Part shown: in pieces, positions 7,992-17,679 of the stretch
How the letters are laid out: every line of letters starts with the position of its first letter
Position numbering within the stretch: the first letter of the stretch is position 1
DNA from: Kiritimatiellia bacterium
GTDB lineage: Bacteria; Verrucomicrobiota; Kiritimatiellia; RFP12; UBA1067
DNA: 64,000 nt
Direction of reading: 5' to 3'
Assembly (NCBI GenBank): GCA_017652705.1
Contig: JAGCAM010000079.1
Location: 11,475-75,474, forward strand
Made by a program: the position numbers and the translations under genes
The notes under the pieces: model-generated
The model's database searches: none
The model's input: the letters and a program-made list of their open reading frames with translations, nothing else
What the model was told of the DNA's origin: nothing

Positions 7992-9929
7992 TCACTTCCC
8001 GGCTGCGGCCAATTCCAGCGCCTGGCGGTAGACGCGGATTTTCGCGACGATCTCGGGCCGCGTCCAATTGATTACGAACGACGGATAGTACTGCCCGGTC
8101 TTGGGCGGGAATATACGGTTGAATTCGGCAAGCGCGGCGTCAAGCCCGGCGGCCGCTTTTTCAAGATCGGCGATTGCCGCCGCAACCTTGCCGACGTCGC
8201 CGCTGGCGAGATATTCCGCCAGCGATTTCAGGCCGCGCTGGTGAAAGGTCATCGCGTCGAGATCGAGCGCCTCGAAACGCGCGCGCCCCGCCTCGGCTGC
8301 CGCCAGCCCGGCGCTCGCGGTTCCCGCGGCGGACGTCGCGAGCGCGTCTGCCGCTTCACGCATCCTCTTCGCGCCGAACCCGAAGTTGCCCACCAGTTCC
8401 GCGCCGCTCTCGCCGCCGCGTTCGGGCATGAACCGGTAGTCGAAATATATATCGTAGGGCAGATTGCAGAACTGCCACGCGCGCAGATACGCCGCGGCGT
8501 TCCCGCTCAGATAATCACGCCACGGGCCGGGATTCTCCGGATCGACCGCAGCGGCGAGACGGGCGGTCAGAGAATCCGGTGTGTGCCCGCCTTCCCACGC
8601 CAGCAGAGACATGGCGAGCATGTTCCAGTCCACCCCCTGCAGTTCGCCGCCTACATGCAGCGACATCCAGCAGGTGATGCCCCCGTCGATGTAGGCGTCG
8701 GCGTCGCCGATCAGCACCTGCGGCAGATAGGGGGTGTGCCCCCGGAAAAGTATCTTGTCGTTGTAGTACTCGAAAGTGTGCGCGTCGTCCACGCCTTCGA
8801 AGCGGCGCTGGTATTCCTTGAGCGCGCGGTGGTAGGTGCGGTTGTGTGCGCACGACGGATCGTTCAGCGCGTGGGCGTAGCAGCGCTCGCGCGGCGCGAA
8901 CAGAAGAAAGCACTCCTTCGCTGGCGCGAACAACTTCGACGGAAACATCGTGTCGTGATAGGCGATGACCGGCACGCGCAGCGACGAGCCGAGCTCCCGC
9001 ACCGCCTCCGCCTCGATATTCATCACCAGCGCGCTCTGGTCGGTGCCGGTGAAAGCGCGGCAGCGCGAACACATGCACCAGCCGCCGCCGGGCAAATCGT
9101 CAGCCCAGGCGTGTATCGCGTGGACCCCCCCGCCGACTGCCGGCTCGAGACGCTTCTTGAAATTGCGCTTCACTATGTCGCGCGTCTTCGGATTCGTCGC
9201 GCAGAAGTTCGAGTCCTTCATCCGCTTGCCGTTGAAATCCTCGGGCTGGAACATGCGGAAGAGTTCGGGTTCTTTGTCGAAAAGTTCTCGCGGCAGACAC
9301 GAGCTCATGCCGTGGCCGCCGGCCTCGGCCCTGAACCCGAGTTTTTTGAGCAGATCCATGCGCTCCGGAACGATGCGCGCGGAGTGCGCGCAGATCGAGT
9401 TGAACTTGAGCTTGGCGAGAAACGCGTACCACTCCTCGACCGTGTACGACACGCAGGCGCTCGACGCGAAAAGCCCGCGTCGTTCAAAACGCGGATTCAC
9501 CGTCTTCACCTCGTCTTTCACCGGCTTCATCCGCCGCGGCACCAGCTCCCCCTTTTCGCCCGGCGCGATAAAGGAGAAGCCGAGTTCTTCGGCGATGGTG
9601 TAGACGCCGTTGAGAACGCCTTTGCCGCACGCAGCGGCGACCGTCACACCGTCTTTGCAGGCACTCTTGACGAACCCGTCGTGGCGCACCGAGGAGACGT
9701 CGCATTGGCGCGGCGCCCCGAGCGACACGGATTCGCCTGCGCCGGCCGCCGTCCGCACCGACGCCTTGACCCCGGCGCGCCCGAGCAGCCGCGCGAGTTC
9801 GCCCGCGGCGTAGTTGGTGAGTTCGCCGCCGGTGGCGGTTATTTCGACCTTTTCAAGCGAGACGGCGTCAAAGGCAGACACCGCCCCCGCCGACAGGGCG
9901 GCGGCAAGGGCGACTGTGATTCTGTTCAT
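7992..9929 (-). CDS. Secreted DUF4838-like protein, a putative glycoside-hydrolase-like TIM-barrel.
   Basis: A signal peptide is present (MNRITVALAAALSAGAVSA). The motif GGGWCMCSRCRAF matches the three other DUF4838-like proteins in the window over an extended region. Confidence 0.55.
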   Translation of the reverse strand: MNRITVALAAALSAGAVSAFDAVSLEKVEITATGGELTNYAAGELARLLGRAGVKASVRTAAGAGESVSLGAPRQCDVSSVRHDGFVKSACKDGVTVAAACGKGVLNGVYTIAEELGFSFIAPGEKGELVPRRMKPVKDEVKTVNPRFERRGLFASSACVSYTVEEWYAFLAKLKFNSICAHSARIVPERMDLLKKLGFRAEAGGHGMSSCLPRELFDKEPELFRMFQPEDFNGKRMKDSNFCATNPKTRDIVKRNFKKRLEPAVGGGVHAIHAWADDLPGGGWCMCSRCRAFTGTDQSALVMNIEAEAVRELGSSLRVPVIAYHDTMFPSKLFAPAKECFLLFAPRERCYAHALNDPSCAHNRTYHRALKEYQRRFEGVDDAHTFEYYNDKILFRGHTPYLPQVLIGDADAYIDGGITCWMSLHVGGELQGVDWNMLAMSLLAWEGGHTPDSLTARLAAAVDPENPGPWRDYLSGNAAAYLRAWQFCNLPYDIYFDYRFMPERGGESGAELVGNFGFGAKRMREAADALATSAAGTASAGLAAAEAGRARFEALDLDAMTFHQRGLKSLAEYLASGDVGKVAAAIADLEKAAAGLDAALAEFNRIFPPKTGQYYPSFVINWTRPEIVAKIRVYRQALELAAAGK

Positions 9930-9951
9930 GTCTTATCTCCCTCAAACTGGT

Positions 9952-10575
9952 TCAGCGGCCGGAAACCCAGCCCGCGATGTCGGTCTCCGAAGCATCGGTG
10001 AGGTTTTTCGGGGTCTCGAAAGTCGCCCCCGGCGCCGACGGTTTCAGGTAATCCAGAGTTTTCCCGGCGCCGCTGCCGCCGCTCGTGAAGAACGGCACGA
10101 TTTTCTTTCCCTTCAAGTCGTGGGCCTCGAGAAAGGTGTTGACGACTGTCGGCGCGACGTACCACCATATCGGAAAACCGAGATAGACGACGTCGTAATC
10201 TGCGATGTCGGCGATTCTGGTTTTGACGGCCGGCCGCGACTTCTTGTCGTTCATCTCCACCGAAGATCGGCTCTGTTTGTTGTGCCAGTCGAGGTCTTCC
10301 CTGTTGTAGGGCTTCTCGGGGGTGATTTCGACAAGTCTGCCCCCGGTCGCTTTGGCGACGAGCGCGGCTTTTGCCTTGGTGGTGCCGGTGGCGGAAAAAT
10401 AGGCGACGAGTGTTTTCATTTTCTTTCCTTTCACTTCTTTGCCGGCGGCCGGAGCGCCTCCCGCCGCCGGCGGTTCTTTTTCAGCCCCGTTTACGTCGTT
10501 CCCGCCTGAACCGCCGCAGCCTGCCAGCGCCGCGGCCGACACCGCGAAAACAAATTCTTTTCTGCTTAGTTTCAT
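9952..10575 (-). CDS. Flavodoxin-like lipoprotein, i.e. an extracytoplasmic FMN-binding protein.
   Basis: A signal peptide with a lipobox (LAGCGG) is present, followed by a Gly/Ala/Pro-rich linker. The flavodoxin core starts MKTLVAYFSATGTTK. A GGAGGAG RBS lies 7 nt upstream. A TGATATAAT box is further upstream. Confidence 0.7.
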   Translation of the reverse strand: MKLSRKEFVFAVSAAALAGCGGSGGNDVNGAEKEPPAAGGAPAAGKEVKGKKMKTLVAYFSATGTTKAKAALVAKATGGRLVEITPEKPYNREDLDWHNKQSRSSVEMNDKKSRPAVKTRIADIADYDVVYLGFPIWWYVAPTVVNTFLEAHDLKGKKIVPFFTSGGSGAGKTLDYLKPSAPGATFETPKNLTDASETDIAGWVSGR

Positions 10576-10610
10576 CTGACTTCTCCTCCGGTTTTACTGA
10601 GTGTATTATA

Positions 10611-11060
10611 TCATTGTCTGCGGCCTGAAATCAACACCAGTCGGCTTTCGGCAAGGAAAAACCCGAGGATCACCGTCCAGTACACGGTAAGCCCGGTATA
10701 GGCGCAGACCTCGTCCCTCCGCTCCCCGACGAGGACGACGAGAAGCGGGTTCAGGACCTTGCGGATCGGCTCGATGAAGCCCCTGAACGCCTTCATCGCC
10801 TCCGCCCATGCCGAGCGCAAACAGCATCGTGACGCGCGAAGCCAGATGCTGCCAGAACGCGGGCTCCGGTCCGCGCAGGATATCAAGGCAGAAAAGCCGC
10901 CCCGCCGGATAGCTGTGGGGCCGGGGAAAGACCGACGGAACCACGCCCTGCCCCATTCCAGAAATCCGGCCCCCGGCCATGTCGCGGCTCCGGGCTTTCG
11001 ACATTTACCCGGTAGTTTTCTGCATGGTATTCCTTTTCGCTTGCAAACATTCCAGGTGTC
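10611..11060 (-). pseudogene. Decayed gene remnant. Coding-like segments are split over three reading frames. No family was recognised.
   Basis: The reverse-strand frames give MTPGMFASEKEYHAENYRV... then ...FWQHLASRVTMLFALGMGGG... then ...MKAFRGFIEPIRKVLNPLLVVLVGERRDEVCAYTGLTVYWTVILGFF, each ending in a stop. No single intact ORF exists. Confidence 0.2.
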
Positions 11061-11081
11061 ATGCCGGTTTCCCGGAGCTGT

Positions 11082-11834
11082 CTATGAACGTTTCTTCCCG
11101 CCGACGGCGGAAAGAAGCATTGCGGTCAGCCAGCCGGGCAGCGGGCGGTCGTGGTTCAGCATTTTTTCGATGTAATCCTTGAAATCGAACCGCAGCTCCC
11201 GGAAATCCAGCTCGCCGGCCCGGTCGTCGTAGATGCAGTATGTCGTCACCATGTCGTTGCGCGGGTAGCCGACCGAACCGAGATTCACCAGATACCGCCA
11301 CCCGTCGCGGATTTTGAACGATCGCGGCTTCCAGCGCTTGATCACCCCTTTGGGGCTGCGCAGAAAAATCTCTGCGTGGTGGAGATGCCCGACGAACAGC
11401 AGTCTTTCAGGGGTGGCGTTGAACGAAAGGGATGCATCGTAGAGATCCATGATGTAGTTAAAATCGGCGGGGCTGGTGAAGTCGCCGTGCGCACAGGCGA
11501 AATCTCCGTTGGACCAGCTGACCGGGCGTTTGCGCAGCCAGGCGACATCCGGGGCAGAAAGGAGCTTACGGTCGAGGCGGTCGATGTCGTAGTTGGGGTT
11601 GACGCGCATCTCCACGGTCTGGCTCCGGGCCACGCAAACTTCGTCGTGGTTGCCGAGCAGCGCCACCGAAGCGCACTTGCGCAGGGCCGCCACGCACGCC
11701 GGAGCGTCATAGCCGTAACCGGTCGCATCGCCGCAGAAAATCCACTTGTCCACGCCACGCGCGGATCCGTCGGCAAGCACGGTTTCAAGCGCCCGGAAAT
11801 TTCCGTGAACGTCTGAAATGACGCCGTATTTCAC
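11082..11834 (-). CDS. Metallophosphoesterase (calcineurin-like phosphoesterase, YfcE/MJ0936-like).
   Basis: Motifs VISDVHGN, GD...GNHD and GHLH are present. The ORF is 250 aa. It overlaps the clpC stop by 4 bp. Confidence 0.8.
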   Translation of the reverse strand: MKYGVISDVHGNFRALETVLADGSARGVDKWIFCGDATGYGYDAPACVAALRKCASVALLGNHDEVCVARSQTVEMRVNPNYDIDRLDRKLLSAPDVAWLRKRPVSWSNGDFACAHGDFTSPADFNYIMDLYDASLSFNATPERLLFVGHLHHAEIFLRSPKGVIKRWKPRSFKIRDGWRYLVNLGSVGYPRNDMVTTYCIYDDRAGELDFRELRFDFKDYIEKMLNHDRPLPGWLTAMLLSAVGGKKRS

Positions 11835-14302
11835 TTAGCCTTCCCCGCCCGGCGGAAAACCAGGGCGGCTCCGTCTTTGGCGAGTCTGGCGCGCATCCGC
11901 GCCCCGGCTTTGCCGGAGAGCACAAGATCGGCGAGAGGATCTTCCACGAAATCCTGAACCACCCTGCGCAGCGGGCGGGCGCCGAGCGCAGGATCGTAGC
12001 CTTTTTCAATCAGAAAATCCGCCGCCTTGTCGTCGAGAGTAAACGTGATGTGCGCGTTTTTAAGCCGCGCCTGGAGTCCGGCGAGTTCAAGTTCGAGTAT
12101 GCGCCGCAGATCGGCCTTTTCGAGTTTTTTGAAGACGACTGTCTCGTCGAACCGGTTGAGGAGCTCCGGTCGGAAAGCCCGCTTCGCCTCGCCGAGCATT
12201 TTTTCTTTCAGCACGTCGTAGCTCGTCTCGGCGGTGTCTTTGGCGAAACCGAGCGTGTGGCCTTCGCGGGCGAAATCGAACCCGAGGTTGGCGGTGCAGA
12301 TCACGATGGTGTTTCTGAAGTCGATCATCCGGCCCTGGCCGTCGGTGAGGCGGCCTTCGTCGAGAATCTGCAGCAGCATGTTGCAGACGTCGGAATTAGC
12401 CTTCTCGAATTCGTCGAACAGCACGACCGAATAGGGCCGGCGGCGCACTTTCTCGGTGAGCTGGCCGCCTTCGTCGTAGCCGACGTAACCCGGGGGGGCG
12501 CCGACGAGGCGCGAGGAGGAGTATTTTTCCTGGAATTCAGACATGTCCAGCGCGATCAGCGCCTTGGAGTCGCCGTAAACGCGTTCGGCGAGCATCTTGG
12601 CGAGATGGGTTTTGCCGACGCCGGTCGGTCCGAGAAAGAGAAATGATCCGATCGGGCGCTTCGGGTCGGACATCAGCGCGCGGCTGCGGCGGAGCGCCCT
12701 GGCGATGGCGTTAACCGCCGGTGTCTGCCCGACCACCACTTCACCGAGGGCTTTTTCCATGCCGAGCAGTTTTTCGGCGGTGGTGGCGCACATCTTCTCG
12801 ACGGGCACGCCGCTCATCGAAGAAACGGTTTCTGCGACGTCCTTCTCGCCGATCTCGATGACCTCTTCGGCGTGGGTCTCCTTCCATTTGGCGAGCGCCG
12901 CTTCGAATTCTTCGCAGGCGCTGCGGATGGCGTCGCGGTACTGCGCCGCGGAATCGAAGTCGCCTTTCGCGACGACCTGTTCCTTACGGCCGCGCAAGGT
13001 GTCGATGCGGGCCTGCATTTCGGTGAGTTTCTTCGGACGGGCGCTTGCGCCGGCTCGCAGTCTGGCGCCGGTTTCATCCACCGCGTCGATCGCCTTGTCG
13101 GGCAGCTGGCGCGCCGGCAGGTAGCGCGCGGTGAGCTCCACCGCCGCGCGGATCGCCTGCGGCGTGTAGGCGACGGAATGGTATTCGGAATACTTGGGGG
13201 CGATGCCTTCGATGATGCCGACGGCTTCGACGACGGTCGGTTCGTCGACCTGCACCGACTGGAACCGGCGTTCCAGCGCGGCGTCGCGCTCTATGGACTT
13301 GTGGTATTCTTTGAGGGTGGTGGCGCCGACGCACTGCAGTTCGCCGCGAGCGAGCGCGGGTTTGAGGATGTTCGCCGCGTCCATGGCGCCCTCGGCGCCG
13401 CCGGCGCCGACCATGGTGTGTATTTCGTCGAGGAAAAGGATGATGTTGGCGCTGCGCTTCGTTTCGTCGATTATCTTCTTGAGCCGCTCTTCGAACTGGC
13501 CGCGGTACTGGGTGCCGGCCACGACGCGGGCCATGTCGAGCGCCACCACGCGCTTGTTCTGCATCTTTTCGGGCACCTCGCCGCGATGCACCGCCTGGGC
13601 GAGACCCTCGACGACGGCGGTTTTGCCGACGCCGGCCTCGCCGATCAGCACGGCGTTGTTTTTGGTGCGGCGCGAGAGAATCTGAATTATGCGTCTGAGT
13701 TCTTTCTCCCTGCCGATCACGGGATCGAGTTTCCCCTGCCTGGCGAGTTCGGTGAGGTCGCGCCCGTAGGCGTTGACCGTCGGCGTTTTCTGGGCCTTGC
13801 CGTTCGCCCCGGGGCGGGCGTCGCGCACATCTTCATCGGCCTCGCGGCGCTCCGGCGTTTCGTCGCCGCGGCGGTCGCCGCCCTGGCTGCCGGCGGCGAT
13901 GAACTTGTCGGCGGTGACACCGGCGTTGAACAGCAGCTGCGCGGCGGCGTTGTCCCCTTCACGGAGCATCGCGAGCACGAGATGCGCGGTGCCCACCGGT
14001 CTGCCGTCGCCGGCGTCCAGCGCGGCCATGTCGAGTATTTTTCTCGTGCGCGCCGTGAGCGGCAGCTGCCCCCGCTGCAGAATGCCCTCGGCGCCGCCGG
14101 AAATCATCGACTTCGCCGACTCGGCGAGATCTTCGAGCGCCAGCCCCAGCGTCACCAGCCGTCGGCAGGCTTCGCACTGCGGTATCGCGATTATGGAAAG
14201 AAAGATGTGCTCCGCGCCGATATGGTCGTGGCCGAACTGACGGGCGCAGCTGGACGACGCGTTCAACGCGTCGACGGCGTGCTTTGTGAAAACCACCTTC
14301 AC
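11831..14302 (-). CDS. clpC: ATP-dependent Clp protease ATP-binding subunit ClpC (class I AAA+ unfoldase).
   Basis: The 823-aa ORF has duplicated Clp_N repeats, two AAA+ modules (GEAGVGKTA and GPTGVGKT Walker A motifs) and a middle linker or UVR-like region. Confidence 0.9.
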   Translation of the reverse strand: MKVVFTKHAVDALNASSSCARQFGHDHIGAEHIFLSIIAIPQCEACRRLVTLGLALEDLAESAKSMISGGAEGILQRGQLPLTARTRKILDMAALDAGDGRPVGTAHLVLAMLREGDNAAAQLLFNAGVTADKFIAAGSQGGDRRGDETPERREADEDVRDARPGANGKAQKTPTVNAYGRDLTELARQGKLDPVIGREKELRRIIQILSRRTKNNAVLIGEAGVGKTAVVEGLAQAVHRGEVPEKMQNKRVVALDMARVVAGTQYRGQFEERLKKIIDETKRSANIILFLDEIHTMVGAGGAEGAMDAANILKPALARGELQCVGATTLKEYHKSIERDAALERRFQSVQVDEPTVVEAVGIIEGIAPKYSEYHSVAYTPQAIRAAVELTARYLPARQLPDKAIDAVDETGARLRAGASARPKKLTEMQARIDTLRGRKEQVVAKGDFDSAAQYRDAIRSACEEFEAALAKWKETHAEEVIEIGEKDVAETVSSMSGVPVEKMCATTAEKLLGMEKALGEVVVGQTPAVNAIARALRRSRALMSDPKRPIGSFLFLGPTGVGKTHLAKMLAERVYGDSKALIALDMSEFQEKYSSSRLVGAPPGYVGYDEGGQLTEKVRRRPYSVVLFDEFEKANSDVCNMLLQILDEGRLTDGQGRMIDFRNTIVICTANLGFDFAREGHTLGFAKDTAETSYDVLKEKMLGEAKRAFRPELLNRFDETVVFKKLEKADLRRILELELAGLQARLKNAHITFTLDDKAADFLIEKGYDPALGARPLRRVVQDFVEDPLADLVLSGKAGARMRARLAKDGAALVFRRAGKAK

Positions 14303-15183
14303 AGGAACTTATCCTCCGCGCGCTCGTTCAGCACCACGTCTTCGAACCGGCGGTTCATCTCGTCGGCGCGCTCGGCGTCGATTTTATCCCGGTCTTCGGA
14401 TTCGAGTTTATCCTCCGAACCGCTCAGATCAACCGCTGCGAGCATCCTCTCGATTTCGTCGCCGGTGATGCCGTCGAGCATCTCTTCGGCGGCGGCGATT
14501 CTGAGCGGGGAGAGCAGATCGAAATATTCACCCGGCGACAGCAGCCGGCAGTTCTTCATGACCGCCAGCGCGCGGCAGAGCGAATCGCCCAGCACCCGCG
14601 GCATCTCCTCGAAAAGCCGCACCCGGGCGTTGCGTTCCTCCCGGAGCAGATCTTCGACGACGCGTTTCGCCCGGTCTTCCGGACCTGAATAGCGCAGCGA
14701 GAAAACGTGACCGGCGTCGTTCACCCCGTCGGCGTCTACCCCGGCGAGTTCCATCTTCAAAGCCCTCGCGGCGCGTTTTACCGCATCCAGCTCGCCGATG
14801 AGATGAAGCGCCTCGAGATGCAGCCGCCCGCCGATCAGGTACGCTGGATCCACCCCGGCTAGGGAATAGTCGCGGTATTCAGGCCTTTTCTCCTCTTTAG
14901 AAGCCCGCGCGGCCTTCTCCAGATCGGAAACCATGTCCTGAAAAGCGTTCATGATCGCTCCGATGATCTGGGGAGGCGCTTCACCCCCGTCCACCGGCGC
15001 CGAGATTTCGGTGACAGACATCGACACTTCACCGCCGGCACCCTTTACCTTTCTGGTGCGTTGGCTCTTCTTCTGCCGGCGCTGCCGCTCCGCCGCGGCG
15101 CAGGCGCGGCAGACGTAAAGCTCGTTGTCGTCGCTGCCAATCGCCGTCTCGGCGTCGGATTTATGACACAGTTCGCATTTCAT
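14299..15183 (-). CDS. Zinc-ribbon protein co-transcribed with clpC, possibly a McsA-like adaptor/activator. Function is uncertain.
   Basis: The N-terminus MKCELCHKSD...YVCRACAA has a C-x2-C...C-x2-C pattern. The rest is acidic and helical. It overlaps clpC by 4 bp and lies 52 bp downstream of dnaB. Confidence 0.4.
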   Translation of the reverse strand: MKCELCHKSDAETAIGSDDNELYVCRACAAAERQRRQKKSQRTRKVKGAGGEVSMSVTEISAPVDGGEAPPQIIGAIMNAFQDMVSDLEKAARASKEEKRPEYRDYSLAGVDPAYLIGGRLHLEALHLIGELDAVKRAARALKMELAGVDADGVNDAGHVFSLRYSGPEDRAKRVVEDLLREERNARVRLFEEMPRVLGDSLCRALAVMKNCRLLSPGEYFDLLSPLRIAAAEEMLDGITGDEIERMLAAVDLSGSEDKLESEDRDKIDAERADEMNRRFEDVVLNERAEDKFL

Positions 15184-15235
15184 GGATGTGTATTATATCA
15201 AATATTGCATCCGCTTGCCTTCCCGCGCCGCCACC

Positions 15236-16732
15236 TCACGCCATCGGGTCTGGCGAAAACTCACCCTGCATCATGTCAGGCTCGGGCTCAGACGATTTAA
15301 AGTTCTCCACCCCTTCGCCGCGGTCCGGCTCGCGGTCGAGAAACCTCACGTATTCGCGCAGAAAGGTCAATTTCACTTCGCCGGTTTCACCGTTTCTGTT
15401 CTTGGCGATGTCAACATACGCGAGGGTGGCGTCGCCGCATTCGGGATCGTTGGCGTTGCGCGCCGGGCGGCGGAGCAGAAAGACGACGTCGGCGTCCTGC
15501 TCGATCGCGCCGGAATCGCGCAGATCGGAGAGTTTGGGTTTTTCGAACTTGTCTCCGCGCTGCACGGTGGCTCGGGAAAGCTGCGAAAGCACGATCACCG
15601 GCACCTGCAGCTCCTTGGCCATCGCCTTGATCTGCTGCGAAATCATCGCGACCTCGATCTGCCGCCCCTGCCTCGCGCCTTCGCGGCAGCAGCACAGCTG
15701 CAGATAGTCGATGACGATTAGCTCGATGCCGAACCGTTTCTTCATCCGGCGGGCCCGTGCGCGCAGATCCATCACGTCAAGACCCGCGGCGTCATCCACG
15801 TAAATGGGCGACGACTTCAAAACGCCCAGCGCCCCCATGAGCTGTTCGGTCAGCCGCTGTTTCTCGCTCCGCGCCACCAGTTCGCGGTTCAACCGCCACA
15901 TGTTGATGCGCGCTCGCCCGGCCAGCATCCGCTTCGTGAGCTGCACCACGGGCATCTCCAGCGAAAAAACGGCCACCGGGTGTTTTTTGCCGCCGTCGTA
16001 CTTGACCGGCATGTCGTTCATCGCCATGCCCGTCGCGCAGCTCTCGGCGATGTTCATCGCCAGCGACGTCTTGCCCATCGACGGACGCGCCGCAATCACG
16101 ATCATTTCGCCGGGCTTCAACCCCTGAAGAACTTCGTCGAGATACTTGTAGCCGGTTGAAAGCCCTTCCATCAGTTTGCCGCCGGACTCGAACAGCCTGT
16201 CGATGCGGTTGAAACTTTCCTGCACCGCGTCCGGCCACGGCATGGTTTCACCGGCGGAACCGCCGATTTCGAGAAAGGACTTCTCCGCCTCGCCCAGCAC
16301 GACCTGCGGGTCGGGGTACTCGCCTTCGTCATAGCACTTTTTGACCACGTCGGTGGCCCGCTCGATCATCACGCGGCGCAGATATTTGGCCCGCAGTATG
16401 CCGATGTAATGCTCCGCGTGCGCCGTCGTCGGCACCTGGTCGATAAGCGACTGGATGTAACCGACCCCGCCGATCGCCTCGAGCCGGCCGTCTCCGCGCA
16501 ACTCTTCGATAAGCACAAGCGCGTCGATCGGCTTTGCTTCGACGCTCATCTTCAGAATGGCGGAATATATGGTCTGGTTCGCCGGATTGAAAAACGCTTC
16601 GGGCACTATCCCGCGCGTGCGGCATTCATCAAGCACGTGTTCATCGCCGTGGGTGGTGGCGTCAAGAAGGATGGACCCTAGAACCGCCCTTTCGGCGGCG
16701 GGGTTGTTCGGTGGTGCTTTCAAATCTTCCAT
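15236..16732 (-). CDS. dnaB: Replicative DNA helicase DnaB.
   Basis: The DnaB N-terminal domain starts MEDLKAPPNNPAAERAVLGSILL. The RecA-like C-terminal domain has the Walker A motif GKTSLAMNIA. The ORF track's extension to 16786 (MCRQRIRRRRFF) is not DnaB-like. A TGGTATAAT box lies 7 nt upstream of the ATG at 16732. Confidence 0.9.
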   Translation of the reverse strand: MEDLKAPPNNPAAERAVLGSILLDATTHGDEHVLDECRTRGIVPEAFFNPANQTIYSAILKMSVEAKPIDALVLIEELRGDGRLEAIGGVGYIQSLIDQVPTTAHAEHYIGILRAKYLRRVMIERATDVVKKCYDEGEYPDPQVVLGEAEKSFLEIGGSAGETMPWPDAVQESFNRIDRLFESGGKLMEGLSTGYKYLDEVLQGLKPGEMIVIAARPSMGKTSLAMNIAESCATGMAMNDMPVKYDGGKKHPVAVFSLEMPVVQLTKRMLAGRARINMWRLNRELVARSEKQRLTEQLMGALGVLKSSPIYVDDAAGLDVMDLRARARRMKKRFGIELIVIDYLQLCCCREGARQGRQIEVAMISQQIKAMAKELQVPVIVLSQLSRATVQRGDKFEKPKLSDLRDSGAIEQDADVVFLLRRPARNANDPECGDATLAYVDIAKNRNGETGEVKLTFLREYVRFLDREPDRGEGVENFKSSEPEPDMMQGEFSPDPMA

Positions 16733-16887
16733 GCCGCAGATTATACCAGAAAAAAACCTTCTGCGCCGAATGCGTTGTCTACACATGTCTACCGCTGTAA
16801 ACAGCTTGTGAACAACCGGTCGCCGGGGAGGGAGCGGATGGCAATTGGCGGATTATTCACCACGCCGATTGTCTCGTCCCGGTGAAA

Positions 16888-17679
16888 TCAGTAGACGACC
16901 GTGCAACTGACGAGATCGTGGTCGCTCAAATCGCCGGCGGGCATGAAACGCGCGTCTTTAAAGTCCATGCCTTTAATCATGATGTTGTCCAGCGGAGATT
17001 TCGGATTGTTCGAGGGGTAAGTCGGCGTGGCGTCGCCGTTGACCAGTTTGTAGCCGGCTTTCATGAATACGTCGTATTCTTCCCAGAAGCCGATGTTGAA
17101 GTCGCCGGAGATTATCACCCGCGGCTCGTTGCGGAAATCGTCGATCAGTTTCTTCATCTGGAGTTTGCGGTCGTCTTCGTGGCCGGTCTTGAAGGTGGTC
17201 CAGTCAAGGTGCGTCTGCACCGCCCAGAACGGTTCGGCGCCGGACGGCTTGAGTTTAATCGCGAGGTAGTACACCCGCTGGTCGTGTTGCGGATACTCGA
17301 CGATTTTGGTCTCGGCGATTTCGAAACCGTTCAGGCAGAATGCGTTCCACTGATAATCATGGCCCGGCCCTTTGACGCATTTGCTGTAGCGGCCGAAAAC
17401 CGCCGCTTCGGACGAGATTCCGCCGCAGGTTGTGAACGCCTCGGAGAATTCGCAGACGCCGAGCACCTGCGCACCGACCTTGTCGAGGAAATCCCTGTAC
17501 GCCCGTCCGCGTTCGCCTGCCTGTTCCGGCGGAATGGTGGAGGCTCTGGATCGTCCCCATGCAAAATGGCCGATGTTCCAGCTCGCGTAGGTGAATTCAC
17601 CGGATTTCGGAACGCTCGAACAGCCAGCCGCCGCAAGGCACATGGCGGCGAAACCGATTTTGGCGAATGCAGGCTTCAT
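16888..17679 (-). CDS. Endonuclease/exonuclease/phosphatase (EEP) family lipoprotein.
   Basis: A signal peptide with a lipobox (AAAGCSS) is present. EEP motifs include ASWNIGHF, ISGDFN and SDHD. The ORF is 263 aa. Confidence 0.7.
   Translation of the reverse strand: MKPAFAKIGFAAMCLAAAGCSSVPKSGEFTYASWNIGHFAWGRSRASTIPPEQAGERGRAYRDFLDKVGAQVLGVCEFSEAFTTCGGISSEAAVFGRYSKCVKGPGHDYQWNAFCLNGFEIAETKIVEYPQHDQRVYYLAIKLKPSGAEPFWAVQTHLDWTTFKTGHEDDRKLQMKKLIDDFRNEPRVIISGDFNIGFWEEYDVFMKAGYKLVNGDATPTYPSNNPKSPLDNIMIKGMDFKDARFMPAGDLSDHDLVSCTVVY

Noticed and set aside
7842-10001. Long plus-strand ORFs antisense to the minus-strand genes. Examples: 719 aa at 7842..10001, 1036 aa at 30587..33697, 1258 aa at 44795..48571, 1077 aa at 52311..55544 and 336 aa at 1006..2016.
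   Set aside because: Their translations are Arg/Pro/Ala/Gly-rich low-complexity sequence with no recognisable domains. They lie entirely within well-supported minus-strand genes. Open antisense frames are expected at this GC content.
16733-16786. Upstream start for dnaB at 16786 (MCRQRIRRRRFFSGIICG...).
   Set aside because: The added residues are not DnaB-like. The extension reads through the TGGTATAAT promoter element. The DnaB N-terminal domain begins at MEDLKAPPNN.
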